A stretch of DNA of 64,000 nt from a virus. Taxonomy: Duplodnaviria > Caudoviricetes. The stretch spans positions 1 through 64,000 of the IMG/VR virus record IMGVR_UViG_3300012952_000019; one strand, given 5' to 3'. Below, one piece after another: positions 19,102 through 27,207 of this stretch. The notes under the pieces were generated by a model that worked only from the letters and a program-made list of their open reading frames with translations, was not told the DNA's origin and did no database searches. How positions within the stretch are numbered: position 1 is the stretch's first letter; the number at the start of each line of letters is the position of its first letter. Made by a program: the position numbers and the translations under genes.

Positions 19102-19870
19102 TTGTATTACAGGGATGCAGAAACTAGATGAGAAATCAGTTGATGCAGTTGTAACATCCCCACCATACAACTTAAATATTAAATACAGTAAATATAACGA
19201 TAAGAAACCAGTAGATCAATATCTATCATGGTTAGGAGACGTATTTACTGAATGTAAACGTGTACTTAAAGATGATGGTCATCTATTTGTTAACATGGGA
19301 TATTCTAATGTTAATCCTACAATAGGTATAGATGTATGTTGTAAGTTAAGAGAGAATTATATACTACAGAATAATATTGCATGGATTAAAAGTGTTCATA
19401 CTGATAAGACACATGGACATTTTAAACCTATCAATAGTAAGAGATTCTTATGCCCAACATGGGAACATCTATTTCATTTTACAAAAGATGGTAAGATAGA
19501 GATCGATAGATTATCAGTTGGAGTGAAGTATGAATACTATGAAGCAAACATTCGTGGTAATAATACTAAGGACAATAAACCTAACTTAAGAGACAAAGGT
19601 AACTCATGGTTTATACCATACGAAACCAGACAAAGTAAACTAGAGAAAGGTAACCACCCCGCTATTTTTCCAGTTAAACTTGTAGAGGATTGTATTAAAC
19701 TTACTGGTAAAAGTAGTGGTATTGTTTTAGACCCATTCATGGGAACTGGAACTACAGGAGTAGCAGCAGTTAACTTAGGATGGGATTATATTGGATATGA
19801 TATAGATGAAGACTATGTTAAGTATTCTAAACAAAGATTAGAAGGGGGATTGAAATCATTATTAAAATGA
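19085..19870 (+). CDS. DNA methyltransferase, beta class (N4-C/N6-A)
   Basis: VTSPPY (motif IV) before HPAIFP and LDPFMGTGTT (motif I). Confidence 0.93.
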   Translation: MLYLDDCITGMQKLDEKSVDAVVTSPPYNLNIKYSKYNDKKPVDQYLSWLGDVFTECKRVLKDDGHLFVNMGYSNVNPTIGIDVCCKLRENYILQNNIAWIKSVHTDKTHGHFKPINSKRFLCPTWEHLFHFTKDGKIEIDRLSVGVKYEYYEANIRGNNTKDNKPNLRDKGNSWFIPYETRQSKLEKGNHPAIFPVKLVEDCIKLTGKSSGIVLDPFMGTGTTGVAAVNLGWDYIGYDIDEDYVKYSKQRLEGGLKSLLK

Positions 19871-19878
19871 TATATAAT
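19850..19878 (+). promoter_or_regulatory. sigma70-like promoter
   Basis: TTGAAA-17-TATAAT. Confidence 0.65.
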
Positions 19879-19952
19879 AATGAACAACGTAATTCATGTG
19901 GAGACACACCAGTCAAGCAGGATTACAAAACGTATAACAACGGAGAAAAGAC

Positions 19953-21068
19953 ATGACACAACAATTAGTTGTGGGAGTATGGTATGAATTACCAGGAATT
20001 CCTAATGTAGTTATTTGTTTGATGAAAACAGATAATTTTTTAATGTACCCAGAGTGGATAACACAAAGAGATACAGAACTTAGATCAAAGAAGAAATCTA
20101 CAATAGATCATTTAAGAGTATTATTTCCTACTCATCATGTAGTAGCAGCAGGAGAGTTGACAGAAGATGATGTATGGGAAGATGGAACAGAATACGAAGC
20201 AGGAACAGAGTGGAGACTCGATGCTAATACTAGATCATATCTATGGGAGACTGGTCAAACAAATCAGTTACCAGAAAATGTATTAGTTGTCAAGTATTGT
20301 GAACCAACACTAGTAAAGTTAAGAAGAACTTACTGGACATTTGATAATCCCTCAGCAGCAGAAGTAGCAGCAGAAGTTGTAACAGGATGTCAAAAGTCAC
20401 TAGGTATGAACTTGAAAACTAAGAAGTTTCAAGAAGGACAATACGTTACAGCATTATCATACCTATGTAAATATGATGACCCTGATACTTATGGAGACAA
20501 AGGACTATGGTCAGAGACTGACGATAAGACTATAACTCAAAGTGAGTATCGTAGGACTAAGATGCAGAATGCTATTATGCAATATAAAGATAATATTATT
20601 GCAGTTGATGATCTCTTAAATGAGACAAAATACAATAAGCATTTCGATCAATGTTTTATGGTTGCACTATTCTTACATCATGTTAAATTTGGTTATTGGG
20701 AAAAGAGTGTAGTAAACTTATTAAAGTTAATTACAGAAGAATTAAAAGATGAGTTCGATGACCCAATACAAATACCAATGGCAACTAAAGGTAAATTAAA
20801 TGCTACTGGATGGATACAAAGAGAAAATACCAACTATGGTAACGGTAGAAAATGGATACCAGATAGAGGTAAGATGGATGGATTTGGTCAAGGCGTACCA
20901 TTCTTTAGTTATTGGTTAGCAATACAAAAAGAGAAAGGTATGAAGCACAAACAAAATTGTGGTGCAAAGCAAGGTTATCCTCAATGGTTTAAGGAGTTCT
21001 TAAAGATGCCTAATAGATCACATGAGTTAAATGATCTCAAAAGCAAAATCCTAACAGATTTTGACTAG
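19953..21068 (+). CDS. hypothetical protein, possible ParB/Srx-like N-terminal domain
   Basis: 371 aa; QRD...RLDANTR resembles the DGxxR motif of ParB-like domains; SD GGAG. Confidence 0.6.
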   Translation: MTQQLVVGVWYELPGIPNVVICLMKTDNFLMYPEWITQRDTELRSKKKSTIDHLRVLFPTHHVVAAGELTEDDVWEDGTEYEAGTEWRLDANTRSYLWETGQTNQLPENVLVVKYCEPTLVKLRRTYWTFDNPSAAEVAAEVVTGCQKSLGMNLKTKKFQEGQYVTALSYLCKYDDPDTYGDKGLWSETDDKTITQSEYRRTKMQNAIMQYKDNIIAVDDLLNETKYNKHFDQCFMVALFLHHVKFGYWEKSVVNLLKLITEELKDEFDDPIQIPMATKGKLNATGWIQRENTNYGNGRKWIPDRGKMDGFGQGVPFFSYWLAIQKEKGMKHKQNCGAKQGYPQWFKEFLKMPNRSHELNDLKSKILTDFD

Positions 21069-21094
21069 ACAAAAATACTATTCTATACTATACT
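21066..21094 (+). promoter_or_regulatory. sigma70-like promoter, probably leaderless mRNA
   Basis: TAGACA-17-TATACT, with the ATG 5 nt downstream. Confidence 0.55.
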
Positions 21095-21099
21095 AAGTT

Positions 21100-21276
21100 A
21101 TGAGAAAATTCTTTAGTCCTAAAGGACAAATCAGACTCATTAAAAAAGCACTCAAATCTGATACTCACTATACTAGTGAAGAGTTGATTAAATTAAAAAC
21201 ATCACTCAGAAAACTAGAGAAGGAAGTAGAGGAAGAGAGACAATTCCAAAATGGAGGATTTGGTTATGACATTTAA
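21100..21276 (+). CDS. hypothetical protein (58 aa, not in track)
   Basis: MRKFFSPKGQIRLIKKALK...GFGYDI. Confidence 0.65.
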   Translation: MRKFFSPKGQIRLIKKALKSDTHYTSEELIKLKTSLRKLEKEVEEERQFQNGGFGYDI

Positions 21277-21394
21277 TGTCTATGAAATTATTGAAGACAA
21301 GAAAACTAAAGTCCAAGAGGAAGAGGAAGAGTGGGTATCCGAGATCATAGGGTCAGAGGATGATGAACTTAAAAGATTATTACAGGAGTTTTAA
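21266..21394 (+). CDS. small acidic hypothetical protein (42 aa, not in track)
   Basis: SD GGAGG; MTFNVYEIIED...LLQEF. Confidence 0.6.
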   Translation: MTFNVYEIIEDKKTKVQEEEEEWVSEIIGSEDDELKRLLQEF

Positions 21395-21748
21395 ATGAAC
21401 AGGTATGAAGTCCTATTACAACGTGAAAATGGCATAAACAAAACTGTTTATGTTGATGACTGTTACTATGAAGACGAAGCAAGATTACTTGCAGAGTCAC
21501 AATATGGACTACCAGTATTGAAAGTATTATTTCAAGGTCAATCTAACAATGGACAATACCAACATGAATTAGAACCACCTTATCCTAACTATAATCAAAA
21601 CATATTCAGAAGAGGATTGTTTGACTTTCAAGTTATAGGAACACTAGGAGGTTTATTATTATTGTTTGTTTTTATACAGTATTGGTACTTATTTGTTGGT
21701 GCTATAATATTTGGAATAGTATTCAGTATCGTTAGAGACGAAACTTAA
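21395..21748 (+). CDS. hypothetical membrane protein
   Basis: SD AGGAG; hydrophobic C-terminal segments. Confidence 0.7.
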   Translation: MNRYEVLLQRENGINKTVYVDDCYYEDEARLLAESQYGLPVLKVLFQGQSNNGQYQHELEPPYPNYNQNIFRRGLFDFQVIGTLGGLLLLFVFIQYWYLFVGAIIFGIVFSIVRDET

Positions 21749-21886
21749 AATAGGCATAAATTCTTGTTACTTTTAACGTATATTATACTATCTAATTTCT
21801 AAATAATAGTGTAGAATCTAGGAGCAACAAGATGCACTAAACCTCATATATTATGAGATTATCTAAATTTTACTAGGATTATTTGT

Positions 21887-22042
21887 ATGTCAAAATTAAA
21901 CTTCAATCAGATGGCACAATGGAAAAATGGTATCAATTACAGTTCACAAGAGAATAAAATAGACGAATACTTTGAGTGCCTAATCGAATGCGAAGATAAT
22001 GATAGAGTATGCAAAACAGTATGCACACCTCTATTAGAATAG
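21887..22042 (+). CDS. Cys4 mini-protein (51 aa, not in track)
   Basis: MSKLNFNQMAQW...DEYFECLIECEDNDRVCKTVCTPLLE; CTAAATA late promoter at 21799-21805; terminator follows. Confidence 0.7.
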   Translation: MSKLNFNQMAQWKNGINYSSQENKIDEYFECLIECEDNDRVCKTVCTPLLE

Positions 22043-22061
22043 ACTACATTACAAATCCTAT

Positions 22062-22098
22062 AAAGACGGTTGCAAGACCGTCTTTTTTATTGTATAAT
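22062..22098 (+). terminator. intrinsic terminator fused with a promoter
   Basis: AAAGACGGT-TGCAAG-ACCGTCTTT plus T-run; TTGCAA (22070) -17- TATAAT (22093) overlaps the hairpin. Confidence 0.75.
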
Positions 22099-22119
22099 GT
22101 TAATGATATTATATTTAAT

Positions 22120-22203
22120 ATGAATAACATAGGTTTAGAAGTTGTATTCTGGACAGTATTAACAATTTATCTCTTAAATAAGTTGGGAGTCTTTAAAAAA
22201 TGA
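22120..22203 (+). CDS. 27-aa single-TM micropeptide
   Basis: MNNIGLEVVFWTVLTIYLLNKLGVFKK; downstream of the promoter; ATGA overlap with the methyltransferase. Confidence 0.55.
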   Translation: MNNIGLEVVFWTVLTIYLLNKLGVFKK

Positions 22204-23324
22204 AGGACACTATATTATTTGGAGATTGTAAGGAAACTTTGAGTGCATTTCTACCTCAAAGTGCTAGAACTTGCGTGACATCCCCACCTTATTATGGACT
22301 TAGGGATTATGGCACAGCAACATGGATAGGGGGAGACCCTAATTGTAACCATAGGAGAGATAGTAAAGTCAAACCTGAGAATTGTAATACAGGACATAAG
22401 AATCACGATGAAATGTATGGAGTAGGGGATGCAATATATAAAACTGTTTGCCCGAAGTGTGGTGCAATAAGACAAGATAGTCAAATAGGACTAGAAGAAA
22501 CACCAGAAGAATATATTGAAAGTCTTGTAGATGTATTTCGTAGTGTCAGGGATGTTTTAACTGACGATGGTACTTTATGGGTTAATTTAGGAGATAGTTA
22601 TTATAACTATAGACCTGGTAAAGGTCAGTCATATCCTAAACAGTCAGTAAGTAAGACTAAGCAAGACCTACCTGATAAATGTAATAAACGTGGTAACAAA
22701 TTAGATGGATTAAAAGAGAAAGATTTAATTGGAATACCTTGGATGTTTGCGTTTGCTATGCGTAAAGATGGATGGTATTTAAGACAAGATATTATCTGGC
22801 ATAAACCTAATCCAATGCCAGAAAGTGTAAAAGATAGATGTACTAAATCACATGAGTATATCTTTTTATTCAGTAAAAACAGAAAGTATTTTTATGACAA
22901 TGAATCAATCAAAGAACCAGTCAAACAAGACTGGGGAACAAGAGACCGCACAAAAGGTAAGTATCATAATATTGGTAGTGGCTTACAACCTCATAGTGGT
23001 CTTACCAAGTCTTATGACAGGAAGAATAAACGATCTGTTTGGTCAGTAACAGTTAAACCATATAAGGAAGCACATTTTGCTACTTATCCACCTGACTTAA
23101 TTGAACCTTGCATTAAAGCAGGGAGTGAAGAAGGAGATACAATACTTGACCCATTCATGGGTGCAGGAACTACAGCGGCAGTTGCAAAGTCACTTAATCG
23201 TTATTATATTGGGTGTGAACTCAATGAAGATTATGGTAACTTAATTCAGAAAAGAATTGATGATTATCAACCAATTAAACAAGTGTCACAAAATGGGTTG
23301 ACTGATCTTATGAGTGGAGTATAA
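22200..23324 (+). CDS. DNA methyltransferase, beta class, with Cys/His-rich insertion
   Basis: TSPPY, IIWHKPNPMPESVKDR, HFATYP, LDPFMGAGTT; insertion with C.H...CPKC. Confidence 0.93.
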   Translation: MKDTILFGDCKETLSAFLPQSARTCVTSPPYYGLRDYGTATWIGGDPNCNHRRDSKVKPENCNTGHKNHDEMYGVGDAIYKTVCPKCGAIRQDSQIGLEETPEEYIESLVDVFRSVRDVLTDDGTLWVNLGDSYYNYRPGKGQSYPKQSVSKTKQDLPDKCNKRGNKLDGLKEKDLIGIPWMFAFAMRKDGWYLRQDIIWHKPNPMPESVKDRCTKSHEYIFLFSKNRKYFYDNESIKEPVKQDWGTRDRTKGKYHNIGSGLQPHSGLTKSYDRKNKRSVWSVTVKPYKEAHFATYPPDLIEPCIKAGSEEGDTILDPFMGAGTTAAVAKSLNRYYIGCELNEDYGNLIQKRIDDYQPIKQVSQNGLTDLMSGV

Positions 23325-23325
23325 T
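23267..23325 (+). promoter_or_regulatory. palindrome plus early promoter (copy 3)
   Basis: TCAACCAA-N8-GTGTCACA; TTGACT-16-TATAAT (23320). Confidence 0.65.
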
Positions 23326-23350
23326 TCGAGAGTCACTCACACAGACACAC

Positions 23351-23563
23351 TTGACTACACTCGCACCAAAACCAACTCGTAAGAGAAGGACACGCAAAGC
23401 ACCGATAAATAGGACAGCAGTCACTAAACAAATGGAAGTGGTCATCACACCAGACCATATAACACTAAACAAACAAATCAAAAGACTAGATACATTTACG
23501 CTAGTCATACTTCCATTTTTATATCTTGAAGCATTTGTGAAACTGATACTACGAGTCAAGTGA
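23351..23563 (+). CDS. basic hypothetical protein with hydrophobic C-terminus
   Basis: TTG start after the promoter; KPTRKRRTRK. Confidence 0.6.
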   Translation: MTTLAPKPTRKRRTRKAPINRTAVTKQMEVVITPDHITLNKQIKRLDTFTLVILPFLYLEAFVKLILRVK

Positions 23564-23616
23564 CACTCACACAACTGTACACCCCTCTTAACAGAGGGGT
23601 TTTTTTATGCTATACT
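23559..23616 (+). promoter_or_regulatory. palindrome plus terminator hairpin plus -10 (copy 4)
   Basis: AGTGACAC-N8-CTGTACAC; ACCCCTCT-TAAC-AGAGGGGT plus T-run (23581-23606); TGCTATACT (-10 at 23611). Confidence 0.7.
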
Positions 23617-23637
23617 ATGTTTATTGATTAAAGTATT

Positions 23638-24885
23638 ATGTTCTTATTGAAAAAGCATCAAGATTATGCATACATGAAGATGCTAGACAATAAAAAAGGA
23701 CAAGTGATTGTGCCTACTGGTGGTGGTAAAACATATATTATGATTGCTGATGCTATTAGAAACAACTATCAACAGTATCAGAAATCTGATAATATTAATG
23801 TTGTAGTAGCACCTCGTATATTACTAGCACAACAGTTATGCAATGATTTTACAGATCATATTGAAGCATTTGATGATATTATTCATGTTCACTCAGGAGA
23901 TACAGAATATTACAGCACAACTTCAGCAGAAGACTTAAAGTTATGGTATTTAACTTCAAATAATATATCAAATAGAATTATATTTACAACTTATCACTCA
24001 TTACATCGTATTGTTGAGAGTGGCATTCCTATCAATACAGTATATTTTGATGAAGCACACAACTCATGTGGTAAGAAGTTTTTTGAAGCAGTAAAATCAA
24101 TATCTAATATATCAAATAGATGTTATTTCTTTACAGCAACACCTAAGCAAGGAAGAGGTCAGACTATTGAGCGTGGTATGAATAACGATAAAGTTTATGG
24201 TAACGTTATTGCTAATGTTGATGCCAAGGAATTGATAGATGCAGGTATTATATTACCACCTAAAGTAATACCATTTGATACTAACAGGAAAAGAAACAAA
24301 GTTAATGCTCATGAAGTTGATGCTAAGAACTTAAAAGATATTCTAGAGGATACAGTAGAGGATGATTCAAAAGTACTTGTAGCAGCACCTAGCACAAGAA
24401 TATTATGGAATATGCTCACAAAAACTGATATACTTGACTGGTTTAAAAAACAGAACTATGGAGTTATGCATATTACATCTAAGCATGGTGCATACGTTGA
24501 TGGTAAGAAAGTCCGCAGGGATGTATTCTTTAATACTCTTAATGAGTGGGGTAAAAGTGCTAAGAAATTTGTTGTGTTTCATTATAGTATATTATCTGAA
24601 GGTATTAACGTAGCAGGATTAACTCATACAGTATTACTACGCAATTTGCCTGTTATTGAAATGGCACAAACAATAGGTAGAGTAATTAGAGTGCATCCTG
24701 ATGATAGAAAGTCAGTTGATGATGGTATTATACCAGTAGCACAATTCTCACTATATCGCAAGGGATATGGTAGAGTAACAGTTCCCTTAAGTGGTAAGTA
24801 TGGAGAGAAGATTGCTAAAAGACTTGAGTCAGTAGTTAATCAAATCTTTATAGAAGGAATACCACCAATAGCGTGGACATCATAG
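23638..24885 (+). CDS. SF2 DEAH helicase (type III restriction Res-like)
   Basis: PTGGGKT, APRILL, TTYHS, DEAH, TAT, LSEGIN, QTIGRVIR. Confidence 0.9.
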   Translation: MFLLKKHQDYAYMKMLDNKKGQVIVPTGGGKTYIMIADAIRNNYQQYQKSDNINVVVAPRILLAQQLCNDFTDHIEAFDDIIHVHSGDTEYYSTTSAEDLKLWYLTSNNISNRIIFTTYHSLHRIVESGIPINTVYFDEAHNSCGKKFFEAVKSISNISNRCYFFTATPKQGRGQTIERGMNNDKVYGNVIANVDAKELIDAGIILPPKVIPFDTNRKRNKVNAHEVDAKNLKDILEDTVEDDSKVLVAAPSTRILWNMLTKTDILDWFKKQNYGVMHITSKHGAYVDGKKVRRDVFFNTLNEWGKSAKKFVVFHYSILSEGINVAGLTHTVLLRNLPVIEMAQTIGRVIRVHPDDRKSVDDGIIPVAQFSLYRKGYGRVTVPLSGKYGEKIAKRLESVVNQIFIEGIPPIAWTS

Positions 24886-24945
24886 GACAGTTCAACAAAG
24901 TGGCACACAGTACTACCATTATGGTATCAAATACAGTATTATAAT
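24883..24945 (+). promoter_or_regulatory. palindrome plus early promoter (copy 5)
   Basis: TAGGACAG-N9-GTGGCACA starting at the helicase stop; TATAAT at 24940. Confidence 0.75.
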
Positions 24946-24969
24946 AATATGAACAACAGCAAGAGGAAC

Positions 24970-25194
24970 ATGATTCATTCAATGCACTTCGGAAGAGTTT
25001 TTTGGTTAAACCTCGATAATGAACTGATGTCAGCACCTTGGTTAAAGGATGGCACAGTTTTAGATGGAACATTTGGAACTGAAGATCAATCTGATTATGT
25101 TAGTGAGTGGACTGACCTCGAAGGTCTTAACATGGATGCACTTTTAAACATTCATAGAGACTTGATTATTGCATCACTAGGAGATCAAAAATGA
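24970..25194 (+). CDS. hypothetical early protein
   Basis: SD AGAGG before ATG 24970; the track start at 24949 is too close to the -10 box. Confidence 0.7.
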   Translation: MIHSMHFGRVFWLNLDNELMSAPWLKDGTVLDGTFGTEDQSDYVSEWTDLEGLNMDALLNIHRDLIIASLGDQK

Positions 25195-25334
25195 ATCAAG
25201 ACATTCAAATCAATGTCACATTTGATGAAAAGTATCAATTTGACAAACTTTATGACATTTTGAGAGATATGGATTTTCCACTCACAAATAAACAACATAA
25301 TGTATTTGAAAAAATCTTAACAGGAAACAACTAA
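25191..25334 (+). CDS. hypothetical early protein (47 aa, not in track)
   Basis: SD AGGAG; MNQDIQINVTFDEKYQF... Confidence 0.65.
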   Translation: MNQDIQINVTFDEKYQFDKLYDILRDMDFPLTNKQHNVFEKILTGNN

Positions 25335-25549
25335 TGAAAACAGCAGTATTTCAAGTAAGGATTGAAGCAACACCCGATGCAGAAATCAATCCATTTCATT
25401 TAGCAGAAGAGATACAGGCATATCTCAATGCTCATGTATGTGCAGTCAATGAGACTACTGATACATACGAGGATGTTAGAGTAACAGGTTACAAATTTGA
25501 TTACGATAACTTCACACCTACCCAATTTGATTACGATCAGGAATTTTAA
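25334..25549 (+). CDS. hypothetical early protein
   Basis: 71 aa; TAATG overlap. Confidence 0.7.
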   Translation: MKTAVFQVRIEATPDAEINPFHLAEEIQAYLNAHVCAVNETTDTYEDVRVTGYKFDYDNFTPTQFDYDQEF

Positions 25550-25551
25550 TT

Positions 25552-25692
25552 ATGCAAAACGTCCCATTTTACGATTTTCCATCAAGTCCAATTTTAATTA
25601 TTGGATTCTTTGGAATACTAACAGCACTATTAGTATTATTTGTTGCTAATAGATCATACTTCTCTAGTCCATTCAATGAGGATAACAAGTAA
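25552..25692 (+). CDS. small single-TM protein (46 aa, not in track)
   Basis: MQNVPFYDFPSSPILIIGFFGILTALLVLFVANRSYFSSPFN. Confidence 0.65.
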   Translation: MQNVPFYDFPSSPILIIGFFGILTALLVLFVANRSYFSSPFNEDNK

Positions 25693-25925
25693 TGGAAAAG
25701 CATCTTAATTTATGGCAAGTAATACCAGAAGATGAGCATAACCATATTTCTAACAAGATATGGGAAGCACTTGATAGAGCAGGAATTGTATGCTCTCAAG
25801 ATGCTGAACTATCAATAAAGATATATGATGAAGAGTTAAAGATCACAAAACGTGACCCATTTGGAATTGAGTCAGTTACTGATGATGATTATGACTCAGA
25901 AGGCGAATTAATCTATGAAGCATAG
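25692..25925 (+). CDS. hypothetical early protein
   Basis: 77 aa; SD GAGG. Confidence 0.7.
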   Translation: MEKHLNLWQVIPEDEHNHISNKIWEALDRAGIVCSQDAELSIKIYDEELKITKRDPFGIESVTDDDYDSEGELIYEA

Positions 25926-25981
25926 GACAGTACATTATGTGTCACACTCTACCACGCATAGGTTATAAAATGCCTTATACT
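25923..25981 (+). promoter_or_regulatory. palindrome plus early promoter (copy 6)
   Basis: TAGGACAG-N8-GTGTCACA; TATACT at 25976 (29 nt gap). Confidence 0.75.
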
Positions 25982-26060
25982 AAAGACATCAAGGTTAATG
26001 CTAACATTCACAAGTGCTTAGGGATACCTTTAACCTTGATTCCATTTCTTAATAAAGATC

Positions 26061-26201
26061 ATGAGAACTTTAAAACTTGATGAAAAGCAGAATGAAACAC
26101 TTAAAGCAATGATTAAGTATTTCTATGAAATTAAAATCAATCCAAAATATCAAGAAGGATTTTCAGCATTGTATGACAACTTTCAAGATCAGGGAGAGTA
26201 A
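26061..26201 (+). CDS. hypothetical early protein (46 aa, not in track)
   Basis: MRTLKLDEKQNETLKAMIKYF... Confidence 0.6.
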   Translation: MRTLKLDEKQNETLKAMIKYFYEIKINPKYQEGFSALYDNFQDQGE

Positions 26202-26203
26202 TT

Positions 26204-26371
26204 ATGCCACTAATTAAACTATCAATCGAAGAGCATCAATCACTCACTAGATTTTTAAGTCATCCTAAAGCAATGAAATATAGGAGTGACTTATATGACA
26301 CAGAAACTTTTGACTCAATGGAAGATAAAGTTTATGATGCAGTAAACAATTTAACAGTAGAGGATTTTTAA
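26204..26371 (+). CDS. hypothetical early protein (55 aa, not in track)
   Basis: SD GGAG; MPLIKLSIEEHQSL... Confidence 0.65.
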   Translation: MPLIKLSIEEHQSLTRFLSHPKAMKYRSDLYDTETFDSMEDKVYDAVNNLTVEDF

Positions 26372-26536
26372 ATGCCTAACGTATTAACAACAAGAGAAAA
26401 GACCATTATCAAACTTATGGAAATGGTTATTGATACACTTAAGTATTGTGATGACCTATCTGACCCCGCATTTTCAATGTATGACGTTATGAAGGATGCA
26501 GTAGAGAAGGAAGTCCGCTATCCTATGGAGTTTTAA
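26372..26536 (+). CDS. hypothetical early protein (54 aa, not in track)
   Basis: SD GAGG; MPNVLTTREKTIIKLM... Confidence 0.65.
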   Translation: MPNVLTTREKTIIKLMEMVIDTLKYCDDLSDPAFSMYDVMKDAVEKEVRYPMEF

Positions 26537-26537
26537 A

Positions 26538-26798
26538 ATGAACTTAAATGACAAGTTAAAGCAAGAGAGAACTGGACTAACCGCACAACAGTATAGTGAC
26601 TTGCAAGAGTTATTTGTTGATCGTTATGTTGACAATATGACTACTAAAGACTTAGTAGAATATGTTTATAACGATATGATGCAGTATGTTGAGAATCAAC
26701 CAGAAAAGGAATTTTTGGATGACTGTAAGGACTACTGGGATGATGGATTCCAGGAAATTATTGAAGAAATTAAGGAGATTTCAAATGAAAACAATTAA
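26538..26798 (+). CDS. hypothetical early protein
   Basis: 86 aa acidic helical ORF; SD GGAG. Confidence 0.75.
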   Translation: MNLNDKLKQERTGLTAQQYSDLQELFVDRYVDNMTTKDLVEYVYNDMMQYVENQPEKEFLDDCKDYWDDGFQEIIEEIKEISNENN

Positions 26799-26952
26799 AT
26801 TAAATGATGACCAATTCGAGACTCTATACAATTTCGTAAATGAACGTGTAGAGGATGTAGTAGAAAGATCAATCCAATATCAAGATACTGAAATTCTTGA
26901 AGACTGGGAAGATTTATTAGATGTTCACACTATTTTGGAAATAGCAAAATGA
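26785..26952 (+). CDS. hypothetical early protein
   Basis: SD AAGGAG before ATG 26785 (MKTIKLNDDQFETL...). Confidence 0.7.
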   Translation: MKTIKLNDDQFETLYNFVNERVEDVVERSIQYQDTEILEDWEDLLDVHTILEIAK

Positions 26953-27122
26953 GTCAACACAAAGTCAATTTATCAGATAAAGAAATTACTAGAGTATGTG
27001 ATCTCTTAGATGAGCAACACGACCTAGACAAGAAATTATCTAATAAGTTAAACAACATATTGATTAAGCATTTAGCACTAATTGATAATAATAGAGCAAA
27101 ACAACCAATCGGAGAGTGGTAA
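26949..27122 (+). CDS. hypothetical early protein (57 aa, not in track)
   Basis: ATGA overlap; stop directly abuts palindrome copy 7. Confidence 0.65.
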   Translation: MSQHKVNLSDKEITRVCDLLDEQHDLDKKLSNKLNNILIKHLALIDNNRAKQPIGEW

Positions 27123-27183
27123 TGTACCAGTTAAACAAAGTGGCACAATGGGTATTGTGTTTCGCAGTAGTCTCGACTATACT
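27123..27183 (+). promoter_or_regulatory. palindrome plus early promoter (copy 7)
   Basis: TGTACCAG-N9-GTGGCACA; TATACT at 27178. Confidence 0.75.
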
Positions 27184-27207
27184 TAATTCATAAGTTACAA
27201 ATCAAAC

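Noticed and set aside
21887-22042. Cys4 mini-protein as CP12
   Set aside because: Lacks the CP12 AWD.VEEL core and the C-x8-C C-terminal loop; Cys spacing differs
22200-24885. MTase plus helicase as a type III R-M (mod/res) operon
   Set aside because: Separated by a small gene, a terminator and two promoters; the helicase lacks an evident nuclease domain
16961-26952. Track starts at 16961, 22009, 24949 and 26686
   Set aside because: They overlap upstream genes or promoters; downstream ATGs (17045, 22120, 24970, 26785) fit the SD and promoter positions better
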